From assembly GCA_049302185.1 (NCBI GenBank), contig JBAQLV010000027.1, positions 3,584 through 67,583 on the forward strand: a stretch of DNA of 64,000 bases, read 5' to 3'. Position 1 is the stretch's first letter. Each line of letters starts with the position of its first letter. Made by a program: the position numbers and the translations under genes. Under the pieces are notes generated by a model that worked only from the letters and a program-made list of their open reading frames with translations, searched no databases and was not told where the DNA came from. Positions 36,484-45,727 of the stretch are shown here, in pieces. The stretch is from Thermodesulfovibrionales bacterium (GTDB lineage Bacteria; Nitrospirota; Thermodesulfovibrionia; Thermodesulfovibrionales; UBA1546).

Positions 36484-38226
36484 TCAATCAGTATCTGTTA
36501 CTCTTATGAGCGTTCCCCTTTTTTGTGTCCCATACCTGAAAACAGTAATGCCCTTGCACCCCTTATCATAAGCCAGCATAAAAGCCCTTTCAACATCTTC
36601 TCTTCTTGCCTTGTGCGGCATGTTTATGGTCTTTGATACTGCATTGTCCGTGAATTTTTGGAAACACGCCTGCATTTCTATGTGATCCTCAAATGGAATC
36701 TCATGAGCGGTTTTAAATAATTTTCTGACATCATTGGGGATTTCTTTGATGCCGTGGATACTGCCTCTGTTTATGACCTGCTCTTTTAATGCCTCTGAAT
36801 AAAAACCTCTCTCCCTCGCAATATCAAAAAAATACCTGTTAATCTCAAAGAGTTCCGTGTCCAGAACAAGTTTTTTGTACGCCAGCGCAAAGAGCGGCTC
36901 TATCCCGCTTGAGCAATCCGCAACCATGGACAGGGTTCCGGTCGGAGCTATTGTAGTTGTGGTTGCATTCCTCACACAAGGCATATCAGGAGCATCATAG
37001 ACAGAGCCCTTGAAATTCGGAAAGACTCCGCGCTCACGCGCCAGTTCTACAGATGCATTCTTTGACTCATCCCGTATAAACTTCATTAGCATTTCCCCAA
37101 GCTCAAACGCCTTTTTATGGTTGTAAGGCAGCCCCATGAGTATCAGCATATCAGCCCATCCCATCACACCGAGACCTATCTTCCTGTTGCCTTTGTGCAT
37201 CGCCTCTATTGCAGGCAGAGGATATTTATTCACGTCTATGGAATTATCAAGAAACCTCACAGCGGTTTTTATGTCTCTGGATAGCAAATCCCAATTAATC
37301 AGTTCGGAGTTTTTCATCTTGCATCTTGCATCCTGCATCCTGCATCTTTCTTTAACATATTTTTCAAGGTTCAGCGATCCCAATATGCATGCCTCGTAAG
37401 GAAGCAGAGGCTGTTCACCACATGGATTCGTGGACTCTATGCTGCCGATGTTTGGAGTCGGATTATCCCTGTTGATCCTGTCAATGAATATAAGTCCGGG
37501 ATCTCCTGTCTCCCATGCGCTCTCAACAATCTCCTTAAAAACATCATGCGCCTTTATCTTCCCAACAACTGTTTCGCTCCTGGGATTTATAAGCTCATAT
37601 TCTCCTTCATTTTTAAGGACGTCCATAAATGCATCTGTCACTGAAACCGAGATGTTGAAGTTTGTCAATTCTCCCTCTGTCCTCTTTATGCGGATAAAAT
37701 CAAGTATATCAGGGTGGTCAATGCGGAGAATCCCCATATTAGCGCCTCGCCTTGCTCCTCCCTGCTTTATGACATCCGTTGCAGTGTTATATATCTTCAT
37801 AAAAGAGACAGGGCCGCTTGCGATGCCTCCTGTTGAATGGACAACATCAGACTTAGGTCTTAATCTTGAAAAAGAAAATCCTGTTCCACCGCCACTCTGA
37901 AGAATGAGAGCGGCATTTTTCAGTGTATCAAATATAGAATGCATTGAGTCATCCACAGGGAGCACAAAACATGCAGCAAGCTGTCCTATCTCTTTTCCTG
38001 CGTTCATAAGCGTCGGAGAATTCGGAAGGAATTTAAGAGATGTCATCAACTCGTAAAATTTCTCTTCCCACTCAGCAGCATTGCCGCCGTACTGAGTCTC
38101 GGCAGCCGCAATAGTCCTTGCAACCCTCCTGAACATCCCTTCAGGAGTTTCTGTAACCTTCCCTCTTTCGTCCTTGAGGAGATACCTTGCCTTAAGCGCT
38201 TTAAGAGCATTTTCAGTCAGATTCAT
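36484..38226 (-). CDS. nrdJ: Class II (adenosylcobalamin-dependent) ribonucleotide reductase
   Basis: 580 aa with LPNSPTLMNAG, TNPCGEQPLLPYEACILGSLNL and C-terminal AVSKTIN motifs. Confidence 0.85.
   Translation of the reverse strand: MNLTENALKALKARYLLKDERGKVTETPEGMFRRVARTIAAAETQYGGNAAEWEEKFYELMTSLKFLPNSPTLMNAGKEIGQLAACFVLPVDDSMHSIFDTLKNAALILQSGGGTGFSFSRLRPKSDVVHSTGGIASGPVSFMKIYNTATDVIKQGGARRGANMGILRIDHPDILDFIRIKRTEGELTNFNISVSVTDAFMDVLKNEGEYELINPRSETVVGKIKAHDVFKEIVESAWETGDPGLIFIDRINRDNPTPNIGSIESTNPCGEQPLLPYEACILGSLNLEKYVKERCRMQDARCKMKNSELINWDLLSRDIKTAVRFLDNSIDVNKYPLPAIEAMHKGNRKIGLGVMGWADMLILMGLPYNHKKAFELGEMLMKFIRDESKNASVELARERGVFPNFKGSVYDAPDMPCVRNATTTTIAPTGTLSMVADCSSGIEPLFALAYKKLVLDTELFEINRYFFDIARERGFYSEALKEQVINRGSIHGIKEIPNDVRKLFKTAHEIPFEDHIEMQACFQKFTDNAVSKTINMPHKARREDVERAFMLAYDKGCKGITVFRYGTQKRGTLIRVTDTD
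37315..37349. repeat. Heptamer tandem repeat (catcttg/catcctg x5) in-frame inside nrdJ
   Basis: Five consecutive 7-nt units encode ...KERCRMQDARCKMK... on the minus strand. The same GATGCAA/GATACAA unit type forms the intergenic hairpin at 40150-40235. Confidence 0.85.
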
Positions 38227-38321
38227 AAGGACATTATAGCAGAAAAATTTCTGAAGTAGCCTATCCCTCTTATTGAAAGAAGACTAACAATTTAATGTAT
38301 AATTATCAATACGGAGGTTTT

Positions 38322-38516
38322 ATGGAATGCATACAGGAAAAGAATAAAAAATACTGCAATTGCACTTATGAGCCGTGCGAGAGGAAACACAAGTGCTGTG
38401 AATGCCTGCACTACCACAGGAAAAACGGAGAGCTTCCTGCCTGTTTCTTCAGCAAGGAAGATGAACGCACATATGACAGATCAATAGCCAACTTCATACG
38501 CGCATACAAAAAGTGA
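38322..38516 (+). CDS. Small Cys-rich protein (DUF6485-like?)
   Basis: MECIQEKNKKYCNCTYEPCERKHKCCECLHYHRKNGELPACFF. ATG at 38322 lies 4 nt after GGAGG. The family name is from memory and tentative. Confidence 0.5.
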   Translation: MECIQEKNKKYCNCTYEPCERKHKCCECLHYHRKNGELPACFFSKEDERTYDRSIANFIRAYKK

Positions 38517-38537
38517 TATTGAAACCCCCTCACCTTA

Positions 38538-38561
38538 CCCCTCTCCCGCAAGGGGAGAGGG
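38538..38561 (+). terminator. Perfect 10-bp GC-rich hairpin with GCAA loop (terminator-like / REP-like)
   Basis: cccctctccc-gcaa-ggggagaggg, 22 nt after the stop of the 38322-38516 ORF. No strong T-tract follows, so the terminator function is uncertain. Confidence 0.4.
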
Positions 38562-38660
38562 AAATATTTGGAACCCCCGATGCAAAGGGTCAAGGAATTC
38601 TTTTGATTGAAGGCTAAACACTCTTAAACCAAATACTATTCGCTGACGACTGTTCACTAT

Positions 38661-39161
38661 TCACTTGTCCAGTTGAATCTTTATATATGCCTTTGTTCTT
38701 AAGTCTTCTATATGCTTTTTCAGTCTTATATTGACCTCTTTTTCAACCAGATATTCCTCAATCTTTTCCCTTGCATCGTCAAAATCAGTCTTTCCGAATT
38801 CTTTTCTGTTTTTATCATAGAATTCCCTCAGGTCATCCTCTGTTATCTTTATGAATGTTTTGAGCTTGAGCTCTATATACTCCCTGATAACTTCATCCGC
38901 ATTAGCTCCTTCTATACGCAGCTTCTTTGCCTCGCGCAAGAGGAGCATCCTGTTTATCTTCGTGTTCAACACCTCTTCTTTTTTTATATCAGGCCTTTTT
39001 TTCACCGCAGCCTTGTAATTCTCATCAAGTTCACTCAGGGTTATTGCTTTGTCATCAACAAAAGCAGCCACCCTGTCAACTACCTCTGCGGAAACAAACG
39101 GCAGATTGATAGCCAGCAAAACTGCACAGCCTAAAAATAGAGAGACTTTAGTTCCTTTCAT
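38661..39161 (-). CDS. SurA N-terminal-domain chaperone-like periplasmic protein
   Basis: Signal peptide, then VDRVAAFVDDKAITLSELDE...RMLLLREAKKL, typical of the SurA_N domain. No PPIase domain. Confidence 0.6.
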   Translation of the reverse strand: MKGTKVSLFLGCAVLLAINLPFVSAEVVDRVAAFVDDKAITLSELDENYKAAVKKRPDIKKEEVLNTKINRMLLLREAKKLRIEGANADEVIREYIELKLKTFIKITEDDLREFYDKNRKEFGKTDFDDAREKIEEYLVEKEVNIRLKKHIEDLRTKAYIKIQLDK

Positions 39162-39263
39162 TTTATACTCTTAATCTTACATCAAAAAATTGAATATTTT
39201 CCATGCCCTCATGTATTATAATATGGATCAGAATACGAAGATAAGTTGAGGAGAAAACTAATT

Positions 39264-40139
39264 ATGAGCAAAATCCTAAAACTCGGTATTCCCAAGGGAA
39301 GCCTTCAGGAGTCAACATTAAAACTTTTCAGAAAAGCAGGATACCACATCTCGGTATCAAGCCGTTCCTACTATCCGTCCTTTGACGACATTGAAGTTGA
39401 GGCGATGCTGATAAGGGCGCAGGAAATGGCAAGATATGTTGAGGACGGAATACTTGACTGCGGACTTACAGGCAAAGACTGGATACTGGAGCAGAATGCC
39501 GACGTGCATGAGGTTGCAGAACTCATCTATGCAAAGGAAGGTCTAAGGCCTGTAAAATGGGTCATTGCCGTGCCGAATGACTCAAAGATAAAAAGCGTAA
39601 AAGGCTTGAACGGCAAACGCATCGCAACAGAGCTTGTAGGGTTTACGAAGAGATACCTCAAGGCAAAAGGGATAAAGGCAGAGGTTGATTTTTCATGGGG
39701 CGCAACAGAGGTGAAACCGCCCTACCTTGCCGATGCCATAGTTGAGCTTACGGAGACAGGCACGTCTTTAAGGGAAAATAATCTGCGAATCGTTGAAACT
39801 ATTCTTGAGTCAAGCACAAGATTCATTGCCAATAAAAAGGCGTGGCAGGACAAGTGGAAAAAACAGAAGATGCAAAATATTGTCATGCTCCTGAAAGGCG
39901 CATTGTCTGCCGAGGAGAAAGTCGGGATCAAGATGAACGTTTCTGAGAGGTCATTTAAACGCGTGATGAGCCTTCTTTCTGCCATGCACTCGCCGACCAT
40001 ATCTGCGCTTTCAGATAAGGGTTGGTATGCCCTTGAAGTGATAATTGACGAGAAAGTTGTGCGGGATATTATCCCGAAACTGAAGACTGCGGGAGCGTCA
40101 GGCATAGTGGAGTATCAGTTAAATAAGGTGATACCGTAA
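39264..40139 (+). CDS. hisG: ATP phosphoribosyltransferase (long form)
   Basis: [18 protein letters not shown]...; C-terminal regulatory domain present. Confidence 0.9.
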   Translation: MSKILKLGIPKGSLQESTLKLFRKAGYHISVSSRSYYPSFDDIEVEAMLIRAQEMARYVEDGILDCGLTGKDWILEQNADVHEVAELIYAKEGLRPVKWVIAVPNDSKIKSVKGLNGKRIATELVGFTKRYLKAKGIKAEVDFSWGATEVKPPYLADAIVELTETGTSLRENNLRIVETILESSTRFIANKKAWQDKWKKQKMQNIVMLLKGALSAEEKVGIKMNVSERSFKRVMSLLSAMHSPTISALSDKGWYALEVIIDEKVVRDIIPKLKTAGASGIVEYQLNKVIP

Positions 40140-40149
40140 ATCATTTACT

Positions 40150-40235
40150 CAGGATGCAGGATACAAGATACAAGATACAGAAAGTAGAAACCTTTGTCTT
40201 TATCATACATCTTGCATCTTGCATCATGTATCAGG
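40150..40235. repeat. Heptamer-repeat hairpin (GATGCAG/GATACAA units and their complement)
   Basis: caggatgcaggatacaagatacaagatacag ... catacatcttgcatcttgcatcatgtatc. The two arms are imperfect reverse complements made of 7-nt units. It lies between hisG and hisC. Confidence 0.8.
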
Positions 40236-40254
40236 TGTCAGAAGGTAAATAAAG

Positions 40255-41331
40255 GTGCAGAAGTTCAATATAAAGATTAGACACATAAGAAGTCTTATCA
40301 AGCCGAACATCCGCAATCTCAGGGCGTATAACGCAAAAGAGATTCCATGCAGGGTAAAGCTTGATGCGAATGAAAGCCCGTACGGATTTGAGATTAATGA
40401 TAAAATCTTAAAATCAATTAAAACCAACCGCTACCCTGACCCTGAGGCAAAGACACTAAAAAAAATAATCTCAAAAAATCTGCGGCTGAATCCTAAGAAT
40501 ATCCTCTTTGGAAACGGCTCTGATGAGCTGATATATTATCTCATAACCGTTTTCGGCGGCCCTGTTCTGTATCCTGTTCCCACGTTTTCAATGTACGGCA
40601 TTATCTCTCAGGCGCTCGGAGAAAAAAGGATAGAAGTTCCACTTGATGATGAATTTGACCTTGATACAGACAGAATACTGTCTTTAATTAAAAAAGAAAA
40701 ACCGAGGATTATCTTCCTGAGCAGTCCTAATAACCCCACAGGCAATTGTTTTTCAGCAGACAGGATTTTAAAGATAGTTGAATTTACCTCGTCACTTGTC
40801 ACTAGTCACTTGTCACTGGTTGTAATTGACGAGGCATATCAGCCTTTCTCAAGCGAAAAAGGTTTTCTGCCGATGTTAAGCGACTATAAAAACCTCGTGA
40901 TTCTCAGAACCCTGAGCAAGATAGGCTTTGCAGGATTGCGGGTAGGCTTTATGATAGCTGACAGGGAGATAATCAATGAGGTTAACAAGGTAAGGCTGCC
41001 ATTTAATCTCAATTCTCTTTCACAGGCGGTTGCAGCGGCATTGATTAAAAACCCCAATACAATAAAATTACACATAGGGCTTATTACATCTGAGAGGGAG
41101 AGGCTTCTTAATGAACTGTGGAAGATAAGGGGAATAAAACCCTACCCGTCTGAGGCTAATTTTATATTATTCAAAGTTAAAAATTCTGATAAAATCTATT
41201 ACAGGCTTCTTAAAAAAGGCGTACTTGTGAGGAACATGAGAGAAACTGTTAACGGATGTCTCAGGGTAACTGTTGGGACAAAAAAAGAAAACAATATTTT
41301 TATCAAAGCTCTTAAAGAGGTGATGAAATGA
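40255..41331 (+). CDS. hisC: Histidinol-phosphate aminotransferase
   Basis: LDANESPYG..., SSPNNPTGN and the [14 protein letters not shown] (PLP Lys) motifs. GTG start. Confidence 0.9.
   Translation: MQKFNIKIRHIRSLIKPNIRNLRAYNAKEIPCRVKLDANESPYGFEINDKILKSIKTNRYPDPEAKTLKKIISKNLRLNPKNILFGNGSDELIYYLITVFGGPVLYPVPTFSMYGIISQALGEKRIEVPLDDEFDLDTDRILSLIKKEKPRIIFLSSPNNPTGNCFSADRILKIVEFTSSLVTSHLSLVVIDEAYQPFSSEKGFLPMLSDYKNLVILRTLSKIGFAGLRVGFMIADREIINEVNKVRLPFNLNSLSQAVAAALIKNPNTIKLHIGLITSERERLLNELWKIRGIKPYPSEANFILFKVKNSDKIYYRLLKKGVLVRNMRETVNGCLRVTVGTKKENNIFIKALKEVMK
40791..40818. repeat. Heptamer tandem repeat (gtcactt/gtcacta x4) in-frame inside hisC
   Basis: Encodes ...[13 protein letters not shown]..., located just upstream of the conserved VIDEAY motif. 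Confidence 0.8.
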
Positions 41332-41915
41332 GAAAAACAGCATTGAAGAGAAAGACAAAAGAGACAGATATCTCCTTGGACTTAAACCTTGACGGCAGAG
41401 GAAGTTATTCAATAAACACCTCCATTCCGTTTCTTGACCATATGCTTTCCCTGATGTGCAGACACGGACTCTTTGATATTAAACTGAAAGCAAAAGGCGA
41501 TATAGATATTGACGACCATCACACTGTGGAAGACATCGGAATAGTGCTCGGCAAGGCTCTCAAGCAGGCAGTCGGAGATATGAAAGGAATAGCGAGATAC
41601 GGACAGGCATCTGTGCCTATGGATGAGGCGCTTGCCTCGGTAAGCCTTGATATCAGCGGAAGGCCCTATTTTGTTTATAAAGTGGAATTCCCGAAAAAGA
41701 GCAAACTGAAGGACTTTGACCCTGACCTTATAGAAGACTTCCTTCAGGCTTTCGTAAGCAGCAGCAGCATTACACTGCACATCACTGTTCTTTACGGAAG
41801 GAACATACATCACATAATTGAAGCAGTTTTTAAAGGGCTTGGCAGGGCGCTCAGAGAAGCAGTTACTATTAATCCAAGGATGAAAGGTATCCCTTCTACA
41901 AAGGGCATGATATAA
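41328..41915 (+). CDS. hisB: Imidazoleglycerol-phosphate dehydratase
   Basis: [16 protein letters not shown]...[14 protein letters not shown]...[15 protein letters not shown]. Confidence 0.95.
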   Translation: MRKTALKRKTKETDISLDLNLDGRGSYSINTSIPFLDHMLSLMCRHGLFDIKLKAKGDIDIDDHHTVEDIGIVLGKALKQAVGDMKGIARYGQASVPMDEALASVSLDISGRPYFVYKVEFPKKSKLKDFDPDLIEDFLQAFVSSSSITLHITVLYGRNIHHIIEAVFKGLGRALREAVTINPRMKGIPSTKGMI

Positions 41916-41939
41916 TCTCTGAGAGGAAATCAAAAAAAG

Positions 41940-42605
41940 ATGTCACTGCTTTCTAAAATCCCTCTTAATGAGATTAAATACGTCCTCCTCGACATGGACG
42001 GGACTCTTCTTGATAAGTATTTTGACGATTACTTCTGGGAGCATCTCGTCCCTGAAAAATATGCTGATAAAAACTGCATCACATTTGGAAAAGCAAAGGA
42101 AGAGCTTCTCATAAAATACAAACACCATGAAGGGACTCTTAACTGGACAGACATAGATTTCTGGTCAAGAGAGCTTAACCTTGATATACCTGCGCTTAAG
42201 GAGCAGATAAGGCACATGATAGAGGTTCATCCACACGTAGAGGATTTTCTGAAGATGCTGAAAAAAAAGAAAAAGACACTTTTTCTTGTTACAAATGCTC
42301 ACTACAAGGTTCTTGACCTGAAGTTCAAAAAAACAGAAATAGGAAAATATTTTGACGATGCAATCACCTCATTTGAGATGGGGCATCCAAAAGAGACGCT
42401 TGAATTCTGGAAAAAGGCTGAAAAAAAGCTCGGATTTAAAAAAGAGGAAACGCTGTTTATTGACGATACAGAGGAGGTATTAAGAACAGCAAAGAAATTC
42501 GGCATCAGATATATACTTCATAAAGTTGTAGCAAGCTCAAAACTTAAACCAAGGCTGTCAAAGGACTTTATGCATATTTTTGATTTTAACGAGCTGATGG
42601 AATAA
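41940..42605 (+). CDS. HAD-superfamily hydrolase
   Basis: Motif I is VLLDMDGTLLD and motif IV is LFIDDTEE. Its position after hisB hints at a histidinol-phosphatase role, which is inference only. Confidence 0.6.
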   Translation: MSLLSKIPLNEIKYVLLDMDGTLLDKYFDDYFWEHLVPEKYADKNCITFGKAKEELLIKYKHHEGTLNWTDIDFWSRELNLDIPALKEQIRHMIEVHPHVEDFLKMLKKKKKTLFLVTNAHYKVLDLKFKKTEIGKYFDDAITSFEMGHPKETLEFWKKAEKKLGFKKEETLFIDDTEEVLRTAKKFGIRYILHKVVASSKLKPRLSKDFMHIFDFNELME

Positions 42606-42609
42606 AAAT

Positions 42610-42674
42610 GTCATTCCGTGCTTGACACGGAATCCAGCCCGTTGTTTCTGGATTCCTGCTTTCGCAGGAATGAC
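42610..42674. repeat. REP/MITE-like element with GTCATTCC / GGAATGAC termini
   Basis: GTCATTCCgtgcttgacacggaatcc agcccgttgtttctg gattcctgctttcgcaGGAATGAC. Two 8-bp hairpins sit between 8-nt terminal inverted repeats. Its translation creates the false N-terminal extension of the nadB track ORF. Confidence 0.7.
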
Positions 42675-42695
42675 GCGAAGGTTGTATTTTTAAAG

Positions 42696-44261
42696 ATGGA
42701 AACAGAAACCGTTGATTTTCTAATTATTGGAAGCGGAGTGGCTGGACTGAGGGCTGCGATAGAGCTTGCGCCCCACGGGAACGTCCTTGTCGCAACAAAG
42801 GACATGCCCTCTGAAAGCAGTACAGAATACGCGCAGGGAGGCATAGCTGTTGCGCTGAGCGATGAAGACAAGGTCGGGATACATTTTGAAGATACACTAA
42901 AGGCCGGCGATGGACTCTGCAACGAGGACGCGGTAAAGATTCTTGTTGAGGAAGGCCCTGAAAGGATTCTTGAGCTTATTTCATGGGGCGCTGAATTTGA
43001 CAAGGAAGGGACAAAGCTTGACTTCACGATAGAGGCAGCCCACTCAAGGAAAAGAGTCCTGCACGCCAGAGGAGATTCCACAGGCAAGGAACTGGAGCGC
43101 GTACTTCTGAACAAAGTGCGTTCTTTCCCGTCGGTAAAAAAATATCCTTTTGCATTTACAGTTGACCTGATTATAAAAAACGGCGAGTGCTGCGGAGCAT
43201 ATATCCTGAAGAACAGGAAAATGATTGCCATTCTTGCAAAGGCAACAATTCTTTGCACAGGAGGCTCAGGACAGATATTCGCAAGAACAACCAACCCTAT
43301 GGTAGCTACAGGAGACGGAATGGCAATAGCCTTCCGTGCAGGCGCTCAGCTTGAAGATATGGAATTTATTCAGTTTCATCCCACAAGCCTCTACTCTCAG
43401 TATGCCCCGCAGTTTCTGCTCAGCGAGGCAATGAGAGGTGAAGGGGCGATTTTAAGGAATATAAACAAAGAACCTTTTATGAAAAATTATCACCGCTATG
43501 CGGAACTTGCGCCAAGAGACATTGTATCAAGGGCAATAATCTCAGAGATGGTTAAAACTGAAAGCAGCCATGTGTATCTTGACATGACCCATCTCGAAAA
43601 AGATTTTGTCAGAAAACGGTTCCCTCAGATTTATTCTACATGCCTTCGATACAATGTAGACATAACAAACGAGCTGATACCTGTATCACCAGCCGCCCAT
43701 TACATCATGGGAGGGGTGAAGACTGATATTAATGGAGTCGCAAATATAAGAGGGCTTTATGCAGCTGGCGAGGTTGCATGCACAGGCGTGCATGGCGCAA
43801 ACAGGCTCGCAAGCAACAGTCTGCTTGAAGGGCTTGTTTACGGCGCAAGGACAGGCAGAGCAGCGCTTGAAGAACGTAATGCGTTACGCATTACGCATTA
43901 CGACACCGCACAGTATGCACCTGCGTATCACACCATCCCGGAACACGATGAAATAAGAATGACCCTGAGAAAGCTTATGTGGGACAGGGTTGGAATAATC
44001 AGGTGCGGCGAGTCTCTTAAAGAGGCAAGGGAAAAACTTTCAGAATGGGCATTCATACTTGACAAGGTCTTTTACACAAGACGTGAACTTGAATTGAAAA
44101 ACATGCTTACAGTTGCAATGATGATCACTGAGGCCGCCTCTCTCAGAAAAGGAAGCGTGGGAGCGCATTACAGGTCTGATTTCCCGGAAAAGGGCAAAGA
44201 CTGGCAGAAACATATTGCGCTGGCATCAGAAGATGATAGAATAAAATATAGCTTGGCATAA
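42696..44261 (+). CDS. nadB: L-aspartate oxidase
   Basis: VDFLIIGSGVAGLRAA (FAD), EYAQGGIA and HPTS...LSEAMRGEGA. Start taken at METETVD (42696). Confidence 0.9.
   Translation: METETVDFLIIGSGVAGLRAAIELAPHGNVLVATKDMPSESSTEYAQGGIAVALSDEDKVGIHFEDTLKAGDGLCNEDAVKILVEEGPERILELISWGAEFDKEGTKLDFTIEAAHSRKRVLHARGDSTGKELERVLLNKVRSFPSVKKYPFAFTVDLIIKNGECCGAYILKNRKMIAILAKATILCTGGSGQIFARTTNPMVATGDGMAIAFRAGAQLEDMEFIQFHPTSLYSQYAPQFLLSEAMRGEGAILRNINKEPFMKNYHRYAELAPRDIVSRAIISEMVKTESSHVYLDMTHLEKDFVRKRFPQIYSTCLRYNVDITNELIPVSPAAHYIMGGVKTDINGVANIRGLYAAGEVACTGVHGANRLASNSLLEGLVYGARTGRAALEERNALRITHYDTAQYAPAYHTIPEHDEIRMTLRKLMWDRVGIIRCGESLKEAREKLSEWAFILDKVFYTRRELELKNMLTVAMMITEAASLRKGSVGAHYRSDFPEKGKDWQKHIALASEDDRIKYSLA
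43875..43902. repeat. Heptamer repeat (cgtaatg cgttacg cattacg cattacg) in-frame inside nadB
   Basis: Encodes ...ERNALRITHYD.... It is partly self-complementary (cgtaatgcg / cgcattacg). Confidence 0.75.
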
Positions 44262-44284
44262 GAGATGCCTCAGAAGAGGAGATA

Positions 44285-45727
44285 ATGAATACCAGAAAAA
44301 CCAAGATTGTATGCACAATAGGCCCGGCTTCATCACGCCGTGAGACAATACGCTCTCTTATAAGAAACGGAATGGATGTTGCAAGATTAAACTTCTCTCA
44401 CGGCGACCATGTTACTTACAAAAAGATTACAGGACTTATAAGGGCTGAGTCCGGAAACCTTAAAAAGACAGTAGCAATCCTGCAGGACCTACAGGGCATA
44501 AAAATCAGGGTCGGGCTTGTCAGCAACGGTTCAGTAGAGCTTAAAAAAGGCACAGAGATATTTCTGCACAGCGGCAACGATGTCAGCAATGACAAGCACA
44601 TATCCATTTCATATCCTGCGTTAAGAAAAGATGTAAAGATAGGCGACAGAATACTCTTTGATGACGGTTTGATTCAGGCAAATGTAACAGGCAAGACCCG
44701 TGACGGATTAAGAGTGAAAATTGTTGAGGGCGGTATTTTAAGAAACAAAAAAGGAGTCAACCTCCCTCATGTAAAAACAACCTTGCCGTCCTTCACAGAT
44801 AAAGATAAAAACGACCTCAGCTTTGGATTAACAATCGGTGTTGATTATGCAGCGCTGTCATTTGTAAGAAGCGCAAGTGACGTAAGGGTTGTAAAGGAAT
44901 GGCTTAAAAAAAGACACGCATCGCTGCCTCTCATAGCAAAGATCGAAAAGCCTGAGGCTATTGATGATATTGACAGCATACTTGATGAGGCGGACGGGAT
45001 AATGATTGCAAGAGGAGACCTCGGAGTTGAGATATCGCCTGAAGAGGTTCCAATAATACAGAAGATGCTTATCAGCAAAGCCAATGAAAAAGGAAAGCTT
45101 GTAATAACAGCAACACAGATGCTTGAATCAATGACAGAACATTCAAGGCCGACAAGGGCAGAGGCAACAGATGTTGCAAACGCCGTCATAGACGGCAGTG
45201 ATGCGCTTATGCTCTCAGCAGAAACAGCAACAGGGAAATATCCTGTAAATGCAGTAAAGATGATGGACAGGATTATAAGATACACAGAGTCTCAAGTCTC
45301 AAGTCAGAAGTCAGTCTCCTTCGGCGACCCGCCGAGGCGGGAAGTCAGAAGTCAGAAGTTAGATTTTTCAGGCGCTGTTGCCGAAGCTGCATGCACTGCA
45401 GCCGGGGATATTCATGCAAAAGCCATAGTTGCATTTACTCAATCGGGATTTACGGCAAGGCTTGTATCCAAGTTCAGGCCAGAAGTGCCGATAATAGGCG
45501 TTACTCCTCATGCCGATGTTAAACGGATTATGTCTCTTTACTGGGGAGTTACACCGATGCTCATATCTCATGTATCCAACACGGATGATATGATTCAGAA
45601 AGTTGAGAAATTGCTCATCGCCTCCAAGATAGCAAAGAGAGGCGATAATATAGTCATAACTGCAGGCTCGCCACTCATGAAACGCGGTACAACAAATCTT
45701 ATAAAACTGCATAAAATTGACAGCTAA
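44285..45727 (+). CDS. pyk: Pyruvate kinase
   Basis: TKIVCTIGPAS...ARLNFSHG...MIARGDLGVEI...ATQMLESM. Confidence 0.95.
   Translation: MNTRKTKIVCTIGPASSRRETIRSLIRNGMDVARLNFSHGDHVTYKKITGLIRAESGNLKKTVAILQDLQGIKIRVGLVSNGSVELKKGTEIFLHSGNDVSNDKHISISYPALRKDVKIGDRILFDDGLIQANVTGKTRDGLRVKIVEGGILRNKKGVNLPHVKTTLPSFTDKDKNDLSFGLTIGVDYAALSFVRSASDVRVVKEWLKKRHASLPLIAKIEKPEAIDDIDSILDEADGIMIARGDLGVEISPEEVPIIQKMLISKANEKGKLVITATQMLESMTEHSRPTRAEATDVANAVIDGSDALMLSAETATGKYPVNAVKMMDRIIRYTESQVSSQKSVSFGDPPRREVRSQKLDFSGAVAEAACTAAGDIHAKAIVAFTQSGFTARLVSKFRPEVPIIGVTPHADVKRIMSLYWGVTPMLISHVSNTDDMIQKVEKLLIASKIAKRGDNIVITAGSPLMKRGTTNLIKLHKIDS
45288..45362. repeat. 75-bp heptamer-repeat block in-frame inside pyk
   Basis: agtctca agtctca agtcaga agtcagt - ctccttcggcgacccgccgaggcggg - aagtcag aagtcag aagttag. 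It spans exactly 25 codons (SQVSSQKSVSFGDPPRREVRSQKLD) in the linker before the C-terminal domain. Confidence 0.8.

Noticed and set aside
42618-42695. An N-terminal extension of nadB in the ORF track (MLDTESSPLFLDSCFRRNDAKVVFLK).
   Set aside because: This stretch is the translation of the GTCATTCC...GGAATGAC palindromic element. The conserved FAD-binding N-terminus starts at METETVD (42696).
42611-43294. A 227-aa minus-strand ORF, and similar long antisense ORFs at 46337-46990, 15037-15543, 37430-37900, 44845-45285 and 41409-41933.
   Set aside because: Each lies entirely antisense to a well-supported conserved gene (nadB, the ntrC-like gene, tatA, nrdJ, pyk, hisB). Their composition is Ser/Leu/Phe-rich and low in complexity, and they carry no motifs. 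These are typical shadow ORFs.
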